Assembly: GCA_038204465.1 (NCBI GenBank)
Contig: JBBRCX010000029.1
Location: forward strand, 1-46,373
Reading direction: 5' to 3'
Source of the DNA: Tepidisphaerales bacterium
GTDB lineage: Bacteria; Planctomycetota; Phycisphaerae; Tepidisphaerales; Tepidisphaeraceae
Length of the DNA: 46,373 nt
Both the position numbers and the translations under genes were made by a program. The notes beneath the pieces were generated by a model that was not told the origin of the DNA, did no database searches, and saw nothing but the letters and a program-made list of their open reading frames with translations. Shown here in pieces: positions 29,401 to 36,488 of the stretch; the first letter of the stretch is position 1, and each line of letters opens with the position of its first letter.

Positions 29401-30336
29401 GAGCAGCGCAGCCCCGGACTCGACATACTTGTGATCGCCCGGCGGAACGTTCATCCGGAACGAATGTTTGCCCGCCGCCGCCATCACATTGTCGACGCCA
29501 TTGGCCCCGCGCGGTACGCCCAGCGTGTGGTACCACGAGCGCCAGATGTAGTACCACGAGCCGACGTGGCGCAGGGACTTCTTTACCAGGCTCCACTCCG
29601 CCGGCGCCCCGTCGGGGCCGACGTCTTCGAAGCCCGCGTTCGGGATCACGGTGTACGGAGCCGCCAGGAACGCCCGCTCCAGCCGCACGTCGTCCACCAT
29701 CGCCGCCGCGCCCTCGGCGGTCAGGGTGAGCGTTGCCGCGATCGCGCCGGGCGGCTTGGGCGCCGCCTTGATCGCCGCGCCGATCTTCTCCGCGGGCACC
29801 TCAACCGCCACCCGCGTCCATTGCCCCGCCGGCGCGGCCACCGATTGCGTATGCTTCGCCAACGCCGGCGGTTCCTTCGGCGGCGCAGCCTTCAGCGCTT
29901 CCGTCACCGCATCCGCCGAATAGAGCGCGATGTTCACATTGATCGTCTGCCCCGTCCCCTTCACATACGCCGAAAACAAAAGCGGCACCGCCTGGAACTG
30001 GGTGTTCTGGACGATCGCGTAATTGATTTTGTCCTGCACCAGCGGCTTGCCCGGCGCAAGCTCCATCGCGTAAATCCCATGCCCGCCGGCCACGCGCCTG
30101 CACTCGCCAACATTCCACCCGTCGACAATCCCGTCCGTCTGCCCGAAGGTTACGCGGGGTTGCACCGGGCAGCTCATCACCTCCGCGCGCGTATTGAACC
30201 AATCCCCCTCAAACGACCCGTTGGTGATCAAATCAAATCCCGCGGCCGGCTCCGTCTCGACGCCCAGCGCCTGCGGCGCGCTGACCCACACGACAACCAT
30301 GATCCCGACAGCCGCCGCGCGATGGATTGCGTTCAT
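26428..30336 (-). CDS. Giant secreted protein (1302 aa) with N-terminal CBM4/9-like beta-sandwich modules and a probable glycoside-hydrolase-like region
   Basis: Signal peptide MNAIHRAAAVGIMVVVWVSAPQALG. 'LITNGSFEGDWF' and 'VIPNAGFEDVGPDGAPAEW' resemble CBM_4_9 starts. 'LVINGKPFFNRGH' resembles the (V/L)NGKP(I/V)F(L/F)(R/K)G strand of GH2/GH35/GH42-type enzymes. It lies 66 bp upstream of the sulfatase on the same strand. The domain calls are tentative. Confidence 0.6.
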   Translation of the reverse strand: MNAIHRAAAVGIMVVVWVSAPQALGVETEPAAGFDLITNGSFEGDWFNTRAEVMSCPVQPRVTFGQTDGIVDGWNVGECRRVAGGHGIYAMELAPGKPLVQDKINYAIVQNTQFQAVPLLFSAYVKGTGQTINVNIALYSADAVTEALKAAPPKEPPALAKHTQSVAAPAGQWTRVAVEVPAEKIGAAIKAAPKPPGAIAATLTLTAEGAAAMVDDVRLERAFLAAPYTVIPNAGFEDVGPDGAPAEWSLVKKSLRHVGSWYYIWRSWYHTLGVPRGANGVDNVMAAAGKHSFRMNVPPGDHKYVESGAALLNQAAPQRMALQFEYNAYMLADMIVQVMDDQGKEVYFDVVSPGTTGGWHRYQAVFTPAPVEPKTTGGGAGVPQAAGAPVALKSCRVRINVRGVNGSDHDDINRWVNINHAGVLWVDNVALFEMESSEQQLAARGGKTFVSDTAAPALVVEAIDLGERLYGDNRATVTLANLGGAAAVGNVTMNIAGPFREDDPQKAGYANGTAGQEKMEAPPAKGPDQSPSAVYNLASKQRVTLELPYAVSELAPDWRSEYRVKVGVNNASTDLTFGTWNQKVRVDVLRCYSFPSEPEQTVSMNIGVARPTLLKTTSVKLEVRKAADDKAVMTQELPNFSSLVAGFNLSPLPGAPGTPDAWQGDDTNFAQAKLDIRQLPEHSQTEPVRDHYVYVVGTDAAGKVTFDGKSPRFGRMQMHAEVLSPIQSISISKKNHLVINGKPFFNRGHMQMPQNFGPSPMSHLPMNWKQTGFNTGGVGQAASEATQTPDVDWKQNLYMISHSIAGAPPMTDATKSLIQQLVSQPNVIGVNYIQWEGAPTGGTDEQRVEYAKQIKAAANGHPLWMSAGWYAPTVDGIVYPDYLEHDIFAPENNAYFQPSQLDREVLTKKMARGEPCVLNTYPNVFNDMPWPVQRFEHWTEIIRSHTGYTIIGIPGDPTLDRGLNGEIRFMESFLFSEEPAPQVSVAPNLEHMVRSANGKTYLMATNSGPVIGGDWKWNTELKDKGVASHTGDALWSRFHPFMGDYHEHFYHSDRPVTAKKGDKLVQYVMIPQGQKVESLVLMARGDGDWRYQAVWGAWNEQQFTASGVRLWMAKDMHQMFWGTIGFCGPDGKPTPEGQAKLEKYAFTEPEFKNQGALPESGRFVRLEVPVESLGLDGKVIDGFGFLSKGANVWWERTLLVQDGKEIALCDGSVGPSPASLKSVRFNVPGLKAGSKIQVVFDEREITSQDGFFEDDLTGEPGYENVWVGIYGDKIGETGYYGDGTFYNYNWGRIATRLYEIPK

Positions 30337-30594
30337 CTCGATCCTTCCGATGCCCCCGCACTACGTTCCTCTGCCCGCCTCCTCTGTCGCAACGTTAATA
30401 CTGCACTGGAGGGTCAGCGTTGTCTAACCGCGGCACGCAATCCACCGCGACCCCGCGCCCGATCCCCTTACTCCGCGCACCACAAACTGCTTCTCCCCTT
30501 CCGAATAGTTCCGAGAAACTCGCGAAGCGCGACGAGTTCGGCCGCAGGCCGCTCCCTCTCCGCCCTCTGCGCCCCGCCGCCTACAATCGCCCCA

Positions 30595-31803
30595 ATGGAC
30601 CTGCGTACTGGTTGCTCCCTCTGGCCTCAGCTCGACGGCCCCCTCGCCGTCTACGCACCCCTGTGCCACGACCTGACCTGCGACATCGCAATCATCGGCG
30701 GCGGAATCTCCGGCGCGCTCGCCGCCTACTATTTCACGGAAGCCGGCATTGACACCATCGTGATCGACCGGCGCGAGCTCGCCATGGGCAGCACGGTCGC
30801 CTGCACCGGGTTGATCCAGTACGAGATCGACACGTCGCTCTGCGAACTGATCGAACTGCTCGGCCGCGACCATGCCACCCGCGCCTACCTCGCCAGCTAT
30901 CGCGCCACCCTCGCCTTCGCCGAATTGGTGAAAGATTTGCCCGATGACGCGGCCCTGGTGAAGAAGCGCAGCCTCTACCTCGCGACCGAGCCGCAGGACG
31001 TTCCGAAATTGAAACAGGAATTCGAAGCCCGTCGGGAGATCGAGATCCCGCTCGAGTTCTTCGCTCAGTCCGACATCGAGGCCCGCTTCAGTTTCTCCCG
31101 CCCCGCCGCGCTCTACTCTTCGGTCGCGTTCGAGGTCGATCCCTACCGCCTCACCCACTCCCTGCTCGCCCGCTCCGTCTCTCGCGGCCTGCGGGCGTTC
31201 TCAAAAACTGAGCTCCTGCGCTACACCGCGGAAGGCAATGGCATCCTGCTCGAAACCGACACGCGCCACACGATCCGCGCGAAGAAGATCCTCTTCGCCA
31301 CCGGCTACGAGACCCCTTCCTTCCTGAACGTGGACACGAAGCTGCTCAGCACCTACGCCGCCGCGAGTCAGCCGCTCGGCTCATTCGAAGGATGGCACGA
31401 CCGCTGCCTGATCTGGGAAACCGCCCGCCCCTATTTTTACGCCCGCACCTCGCCCGACGGCCGCGCCCTCGTCGGCGGGCTCGACATCGACTCCGCCGAC
31501 CCGAAAGTCCGCGACGCCCTCATTCCGGAAAAATCCCGCGCCCTCGCGAAACGCTTCAACGAGATGTTCCCTAAGATCGAGATGGCCCCCCTCTGTTCCT
31601 GGGCCGGCACCTTCGCCCAGACCCCCGACGGGCTCCCCTACATCGGCCCCCACCCCGACTTCCCCCAAGCCTACTTCGCCCTGGGCTACGGCGGCAATGG
31701 CATCACCTTCAGCCTCCTCGCCGCCCAAATCCTGCGCGACGCCTTCCTGCAGAAGCCCAACGAAGAAGCTGCCCTCTTCCGCTTCGACCGGCTCGAGAAA
31801 TGA
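30595..31803 (+). CDS. FAD-dependent oxidoreductase (DAO family; glycine/D-amino-acid-oxidase-like)
   Basis: Rossmann dinucleotide-binding motif DIAIIGGGISGALAAYYF near the N-terminus and a DAO-family C-terminal pattern (ALGYGGNGITFS). The start is the ATG at 30595, inside the spurious 1815-aa track ORF 26356..31803. Confidence 0.75.
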   Translation: MDLRTGCSLWPQLDGPLAVYAPLCHDLTCDIAIIGGGISGALAAYYFTEAGIDTIVIDRRELAMGSTVACTGLIQYEIDTSLCELIELLGRDHATRAYLASYRATLAFAELVKDLPDDAALVKKRSLYLATEPQDVPKLKQEFEARREIEIPLEFFAQSDIEARFSFSRPAALYSSVAFEVDPYRLTHSLLARSVSRGLRAFSKTELLRYTAEGNGILLETDTRHTIRAKKILFATGYETPSFLNVDTKLLSTYAAASQPLGSFEGWHDRCLIWETARPYFYARTSPDGRALVGGLDIDSADPKVRDALIPEKSRALAKRFNEMFPKIEMAPLCSWAGTFAQTPDGLPYIGPHPDFPQAYFALGYGGNGITFSLLAAQILRDAFLQKPNEEAALFRFDRLEK

Positions 31804-31804
31804 A

Positions 31805-33100
31805 TCGGCAACCGAGAATCGCGCCACGAAGGAGAATTTGAACCGCGAAGCGGCTGTGTTAAAGGTCAAGGGTTTTTACAACGTTGAGTTCAGACCACAT
31901 GAGGTTGTCGCGGACCATGGCGTTGAGCAGGGTCAACAGTTTTCTCATGCAGGCAACGAGCTTGGCGGTCTTGCCCGTGGCACGCAGGCGGTCGGCAAAG
32001 GAGCGGATCACCGGGTTGCAGCGGATGGCGGTGATGGTTGCCATGTACAACACGCCGCGGACGGCGGCGCGTCCGCCGCGGATGGCGCGTTTGCCATGGT
32101 ATTGTCCGGAGTCGTGGTTGAACGGGGCCACCCCGACCAGGGCGCCGATCTCTCGTCGGTCGGCCTTTCCCAGCTCGCCCCGTTGGGCCGCCAGCGTGGA
32201 GCTGAGCACCGGCCCGACGCCCGGTACCGACCGCAGCAGCCTGTCCAAGTCGCGGAACTGCTCGTCGGAGTCGATCAGCTTGCGGATCTGCCGGTCCAGC
32301 GACTCGATCTGTTTGTCCAACGTCACCAGCACCGCGTCGATGCTCTTGAGGGCGGGCTTGGAGCGGGTGGCGGTGCGGCGGTTGGAGTGCTCGGTGCGAC
32401 TGAGGGTCATCTGCCGGCGGCAGGTGACCAGGGCCTCGAGTTCGACCTGGATTGCCGTGCGTTTTTCGGCGAGGCGTGGCGCGGCCAGGCGTGCGAACTC
32501 GACCAGCACGTCGGCGTCGATGCGATCGGTCTTGGCCAGGAGCCCCAGCGCCTTGGCGAAGTGCCGCACGCGGCCGGGGTTGACCAGGGCCACCGGCAGG
32601 CCGGCATCCAGCGCTGCCTCGACCAGCGCTCGCTCCAGGCCGCCGGTGGCTTCCACGACGATCGTCGTGGGCTTGGCGGCAACCAGGTCTTTGACCAGGG
32701 TGCGGATGCCCTCCGGGTCGTTGGCTACCGTGAGCAACTGCTTTGAGTCGGAGCGGGCGACGTCAAGCTTGTCCAGCGCGACGTCGATCCCCACGAAAAG
32801 ACCGGCGGCGGGTCCGGACTCCGAAGAAGTGGAAGGTTGCGTCGTCATGCGGGCGTCCCTGCCTTGCGAATGCGAGCGTGTCCCAACGGCACGGGGCCGG
32901 CGGGACAGCGGCTCTGTCGGCTGTTCGGGCGAAGCGACACGAGACCGGCTTGGACCATGCTTCGCGGCGGCCGTGGCAGGCCGAGGCGCGATCGGTCGTG
33001 GGCCGCGTAGTAGAACGGTTTGATGGGATTTTGAACATACAAGGCGCGAAGGCGCGAAGAAAACAAAGTATGGATGGGCTTATTACCTCGCTCTGATCTG
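31805..33100 (-). mobile_element. IS110-family insertion sequence (approximate limits), comprising the transposase 31859..32848 plus a ~250-bp non-coding leader. Both ends abut CGCGAAG-repeat fragments.
   Basis: It contains a complete DEDD-type IS110 transposase. IS110 elements lack terminal inverted repeats and carry a long non-coding 5' region. CGCGAAG repeat fragments occur at 31811-31852 and 33036-33070, suggesting insertion into a repeat element. Boundaries are not determinable by eye. Confidence 0.4.
31859..32848 (-). CDS. IS110-family transposase (DEDD recombinase)
   Basis: LFVGIDVALDKLDVA (N-terminal RuvC-like DEDD start) and ...LRSVPGVGPVLSSTLAA...YHGKRAIRGGRAAVRGVLYMA... (C-terminal IS110 signature with conserved Ser/Gly). 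Typical length. Confidence 0.85.
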   Translation of the reverse strand: MTTQPSTSSESGPAAGLFVGIDVALDKLDVARSDSKQLLTVANDPEGIRTLVKDLVAAKPTTIVVEATGGLERALVEAALDAGLPVALVNPGRVRHFAKALGLLAKTDRIDADVLVEFARLAAPRLAEKRTAIQVELEALVTCRRQMTLSRTEHSNRRTATRSKPALKSIDAVLVTLDKQIESLDRQIRKLIDSDEQFRDLDRLLRSVPGVGPVLSSTLAAQRGELGKADRREIGALVGVAPFNHDSGQYHGKRAIRGGRAAVRGVLYMATITAIRCNPVIRSFADRLRATGKTAKLVACMRKLLTLLNAMVRDNLMWSELNVVKTLDL

Positions 33101-33215
33101 TTCTGGGGGGAAAGAGTTTGGTTGTATTCAATGCAAATGCGCTGACCTTATCGCTTCCGCGTCATTCGATGCTGCTCCACCTTTTCCGTCTCTGGAACTT
33201 CGTGTCTTGCTGTAA

Positions 33216-33300
33216 TCGCGGTAAAAACTCTTCTTCGCGTTTTCTCTCCTGTTCTGTTTCTCCTCTTCTTCGCGCCTTCGCGTCCTCGCGGTTAAGTTTT
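33216..33300. repeat. CGCGAAG-heptamer repeat block (CTTCGCG orientation) immediately 3' of thrC. It forms an inverted pair with the block at 33036-33070.
   Basis: ctcttcttcgcgccttcgcgtcctcgcggttaag plus gcggtaaaaactcttcttcgcg. Related blocks are at 31811-31852, 33036-33070, 34451-34500 and 34571-34650. Confidence 0.55.
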
Positions 33301-33312
33301 CTTTGGGGTGGG

Positions 33313-34434
33313 TTAGATTCTTTCTCGCGTTTGGTCTTTTCCCCGTTCCTCGAGCTCTTCCACGTCAATCATCGGGCAACTCCCTCTGATCATCTTCGTC
33401 ACCGAAGACGGGTCTTTGAAGCCCGATCCCGTGACCAGACACACGATCGTTAAGTCGCGATCGATCTCCCCCGCGCTCCCCGCCGCCAGCGCCCCCGCCA
33501 TCGCGGTCGCGCCGGCCGGTTCGCAGAAGATCCCCTCCTCGCGCGCCAGCCGCCCCTGCACCTCCCAGATCGCTTCGTCCTCCACCAGATGCCCCGTGCC
33601 CCCCGATGCGCGGCACGACGCGATCACCTCATCCCCGTCCAACACCGTCCCCACCTGCAGGCCGCTGATCTGCGAGGTGCACGTCACCGCGCGCGCCTTC
33701 GCCGCTCCCTCGCGCAGCGGCCCGGCGATCGTGTTGTTGCCTACCGGCTGCACGCAGTGAATCGCCGGCCCGCTCTTTAGCTTGCCTTGGGCGCAAAGGC
33801 GCTCGAACCCTCGCGCCACCGCCAGCGTCAATCCTCCGCCGCCCGCGGGACAGAACACGTGATCGATTCGCCCGCCGATCTCCGCGGCCTGCTGCGCAAG
33901 CTCGTATCCGATCGTCTGCACCCCGCTCATCCCCGCCGGGCTGCAGGCAAACGCGCTGATCTGCAGCGCCGCGTCCGGCGCCGCGCCGAGTTTCTGCACC
34001 GCCTCGAACGCCCGCCGCGTGAGGTCCGGGTGCGGCCCAAAACCTCTCACCTGATAGAGCTTCGCGCCGTACGCGAGCATCTGGCTCAGCTTTCCTTCCG
34101 GCGTTCCTTCGACGATCGCGATTTCGCAGTCCAGCCCCGCCGCCGCGCAATAAGCCGCCAGCGCCGACCCGGTATTCCCGCTCGACGTCGCCACGCACCG
34201 CCGCTTGCCCGACGCCCGCATGTGACTCACCGCCAGCGCCGCGAACCGATCCTTGTATGACCCTGTTGGATTGGACGATTCCAGTTTCACGAACAGCCGC
34301 CCCAAGCCAGCGCTTCGCCCGATCCGCGCCGTTCGAATCAAAGGCGTTTCCCCCTCCCCAAGCGTCACGCGCAATTCCTCTTCCACGTGCGCCACTGCCC
34401 CCGCCCACCGCCAAACGCTCATCATGACTCCCAA
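33313..34434 (-). CDS. thrC: Threonine synthase (PLP-dependent, short form)
   Basis: The PLP-lysine motif FVKLESSNPTGSYKDR (NPT.S.KDR) and the SSGNTGSALAAYCAAAG glycine-rich loop are typical of ThrC. Confidence 0.75.
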   Translation of the reverse strand: MGVMMSVWRWAGAVAHVEEELRVTLGEGETPLIRTARIGRSAGLGRLFVKLESSNPTGSYKDRFAALAVSHMRASGKRRCVATSSGNTGSALAAYCAAAGLDCEIAIVEGTPEGKLSQMLAYGAKLYQVRGFGPHPDLTRRAFEAVQKLGAAPDAALQISAFACSPAGMSGVQTIGYELAQQAAEIGGRIDHVFCPAGGGGLTLAVARGFERLCAQGKLKSGPAIHCVQPVGNNTIAGPLREGAAKARAVTCTSQISGLQVGTVLDGDEVIASCRASGGTGHLVEDEAIWEVQGRLAREEGIFCEPAGATAMAGALAAGSAGEIDRDLTIVCLVTGSGFKDPSSVTKMIRGSCPMIDVEELEERGKDQTRERI

Positions 34435-34450
34435 ATCAATTCATCAGAGA

Positions 34451-34650
34451 GTTCACCGCGAAGCGCAAAGACGCGAAGAGGCGAAGAAAGAGGAGGAAGA
34501 ATAGCCACCGATGGGCACCGATGAGCACCGATGGAAGCGGACGTTGATCTGGTTGATACAACCATTCATTTGAAGGGCTTGCTTGGATTCTTTTCTTCTT
34601 CGCGTCTTCGCGTCTTCGCGCCTTGCGCGGTAATTTCTCCGGTCTTCGCG
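34451..34650. repeat. Inverted pair of CGCGAAG-repeat blocks (34451-34500 and 34571-34650) with an ~80-bp spacer, immediately upstream of thrC
   Basis: ccgcgaagcgcaaagacgcgaagaggcgaagaaagagg (+ orientation) and ttcttcttcgcgtcttcgcgtcttcgcgccttgcgcgg (reverse orientation) are near reverse complements of each other. The second block also shares taaaaactc / cgcggtaa with the block at 33216-33300. Confidence 0.55.
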
Positions 34651-34658
34651 CTAAAAAC

Positions 34659-35474
34659 TCACCGGAACTCTCCAGGATTCATCAACTTCTTCAGACTGTG
34701 CGGCATCATCCCCGCGCTGAACATCCCGCCGTCGACATATACCGTCGTCCCCGTCACGAAGCTGGCATCGTCCGATGCCAGCAGCGCGATCATCTTCGCG
34801 ATCTCCTCGGGCGTCGCCCACCGCTGCAGCGGCGTGATGTCGTCGTTCCACTGTTTCATCGTCTCCGTCAGTGATTTCCCGGATGCATCCGAATAGTCGC
34901 CGCTCATCTCCGTGTTCACCGCCCCCAGATTCACCGCCACCACGCGCACCCCCGCCGGCCCATACAGCGCCGCCAGCTCGAACGTCAGCGCATCGAGCGC
35001 GCCTTTCGCGGCCACATATGCCGCGGATATTCCCGCGCCGCGACGGGAATAGACGCTCGACACGTTGATGATCACGCCGCGCTTCTGCTTCTCCATCACC
35101 TCCGCCGCCCAGCGCGACAGAAATGCCGGCGCCGTCAAAGAAATTCGCAGCGTTTTCTCCCACGACTCCAGGCTGATCTGCCGCATGGTCAACAGCTCGC
35201 GCCACGCCGCGTTATTCACCAGCACGTCGATCCGCCCCCACCGCGCCGACGTCTCCCGGACCGCCTTCTCCGCCGCCACCAGGTCCTGCAGGTCCACGCG
35301 CTGCAGAAGCGGCTCGCCTCCCGCCGCCGTCACCGCGGCCGCCGCTTCCGCCAACTCTTTTTCCAGCACGTCGAGCAGGGCCACGCGATATCCCCGCCGG
35401 GCGAACTCCACCGCCGTCGCGCGGCCGATCCCGCGCGCCGCCCCGGTCACGATCGCCACCGGCCGATCGCTCAT
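34659..35474 (-). CDS. Short-chain dehydrogenase/reductase (SDR) family oxidoreductase
   Basis: VAIVTGAARGIGRATA (TGxxxGIG NAD(P)-binding motif), NNAA, and the catalytic S...YVAAK (YxxxK). The ATG at 35474 overlaps the stop of the upstream gene (ATGA). The 402-aa track ORF extends spuriously upstream. Confidence 0.8.
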   Translation of the reverse strand: MSDRPVAIVTGAARGIGRATAVEFARRGYRVALLDVLEKELAEAAAAVTAAGGEPLLQRVDLQDLVAAEKAVRETSARWGRIDVLVNNAAWRELLTMRQISLESWEKTLRISLTAPAFLSRWAAEVMEKQKRGVIINVSSVYSRRGAGISAAYVAAKGALDALTFELAALYGPAGVRVVAVNLGAVNTEMSGDYSDASGKSLTETMKQWNDDITPLQRWATPEEIAKMIALLASDDASFVTGTTVYVDGGMFSAGMMPHSLKKLMNPGEFR

Positions 35475-36394
35475 CGCCCGCCTCCCCCCGCCCGATCCGT
35501 CTCCAGGATCACCGCCAGCGCATCCCCCTGTTTCACCCGCGCGAACGTCTTGAGCACCAGCACCGTCCCCTTTTGCCCCGCGGTCACCTGCTCGAGCTTC
35601 TTTCCCAGCGGATCGCTCACCGTCCCAATCCTCGTCCCCGCTTCGATCCGCTCGCCAAGCTTCACCGCCGGCTCGAAGAAGCCGCTCATCGGCGACTGGT
35701 TGCACAACTGCATGTGCCCCGACTCCGGCCGATCGTCTTCCACCACGTCGCGCACTTTCGACGCCGCCCGCTCCCGCTCGATCATGCCAATCTCTCCCAT
35801 CACGTTCAGACATCCTTCCACGTAAGCCTCGATGCCTTCCGGCTCGCATCTTCCGCCGCCGCCCCACTCCGCGTAAATCGCCGGCACCTTCGCATCGCGC
35901 GCCACCGAAAGCGATCGACCGTTCAGCGCTGCCGTCGTTCCCCAGATGATCGGCAGGTTAAACGCCCGCGCCATCCGCCGCTGCGTCTCGAGGACCTGCC
36001 GGTCCGGGTGCAGCGAGTAACCCGCCATCGGCAGCACCATCAGCGTCGTGCCCCCCGTGTGCAGGTCGATGTAATAGTCCGCGTCGTGGATCAGCTCCGC
36101 CAGCGCATGCGCGATCCGCTCCGTCGGCTTGCCGTCCGCGCGCCCCGGGCAAACCCGCGCCAGGTCCAACCCGTCGTCGCCGACCCGGTCACCATTTACG
36201 AACGCCGGCTCATTCACCACCGGCGCCAGTGTCAACCTCCCGCGCAGGCCCGCCGGCCTCACCGCTTTCATCAGCCGCCGAATCGCCGCCATCGGCTCAA
36301 ACTCATCCCCATGCACGCCTCCGGTCACCAGCAGCCGCGGCCCCGGCGCCTCTCCAACGACGTGTACGCGCTGCAATTCCACTAGGTCGCCCAT
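35471..36394 (-). CDS. Succinylglutamate desuccinylase/aspartoacylase (AstE/AspA) family zinc hydrolase
   Basis: N-terminal ...LLVTGGVHGDEFEPMAAI (the G.HG.E..G zinc-binding motif of the AstE/AspA family). Length ~307 aa. Confidence 0.65.
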   Translation of the reverse strand: MGDLVELQRVHVVGEAPGPRLLVTGGVHGDEFEPMAAIRRLMKAVRPAGLRGRLTLAPVVNEPAFVNGDRVGDDGLDLARVCPGRADGKPTERIAHALAELIHDADYYIDLHTGGTTLMVLPMAGYSLHPDRQVLETQRRMARAFNLPIIWGTTAALNGRSLSVARDAKVPAIYAEWGGGGRCEPEGIEAYVEGCLNVMGEIGMIERERAASKVRDVVEDDRPESGHMQLCNQSPMSGFFEPAVKLGERIEAGTRIGTVSDPLGKKLEQVTAGQKGTVLVLKTFARVKQGDALAVILETDRAGGGGR

Positions 36395-36488
36395 GGTAAA
36401 TCCTGCGCAAGACTATCCGCCACAGATGCACAGCGATCAACACCGATGAGAACCGCCGATCCATCGCAACTGCTACAAATGCACTTTT

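Noticed and set aside
26356-31803. 1815-aa + strand ORF spanning 5.4 kb
   Set aside because: It is Arg/Leu/His-rich low-complexity antisense of the 1302-aa secreted protein gene. Only its last 403 codons (30595..31803, the FAD oxidoreductase) are real.
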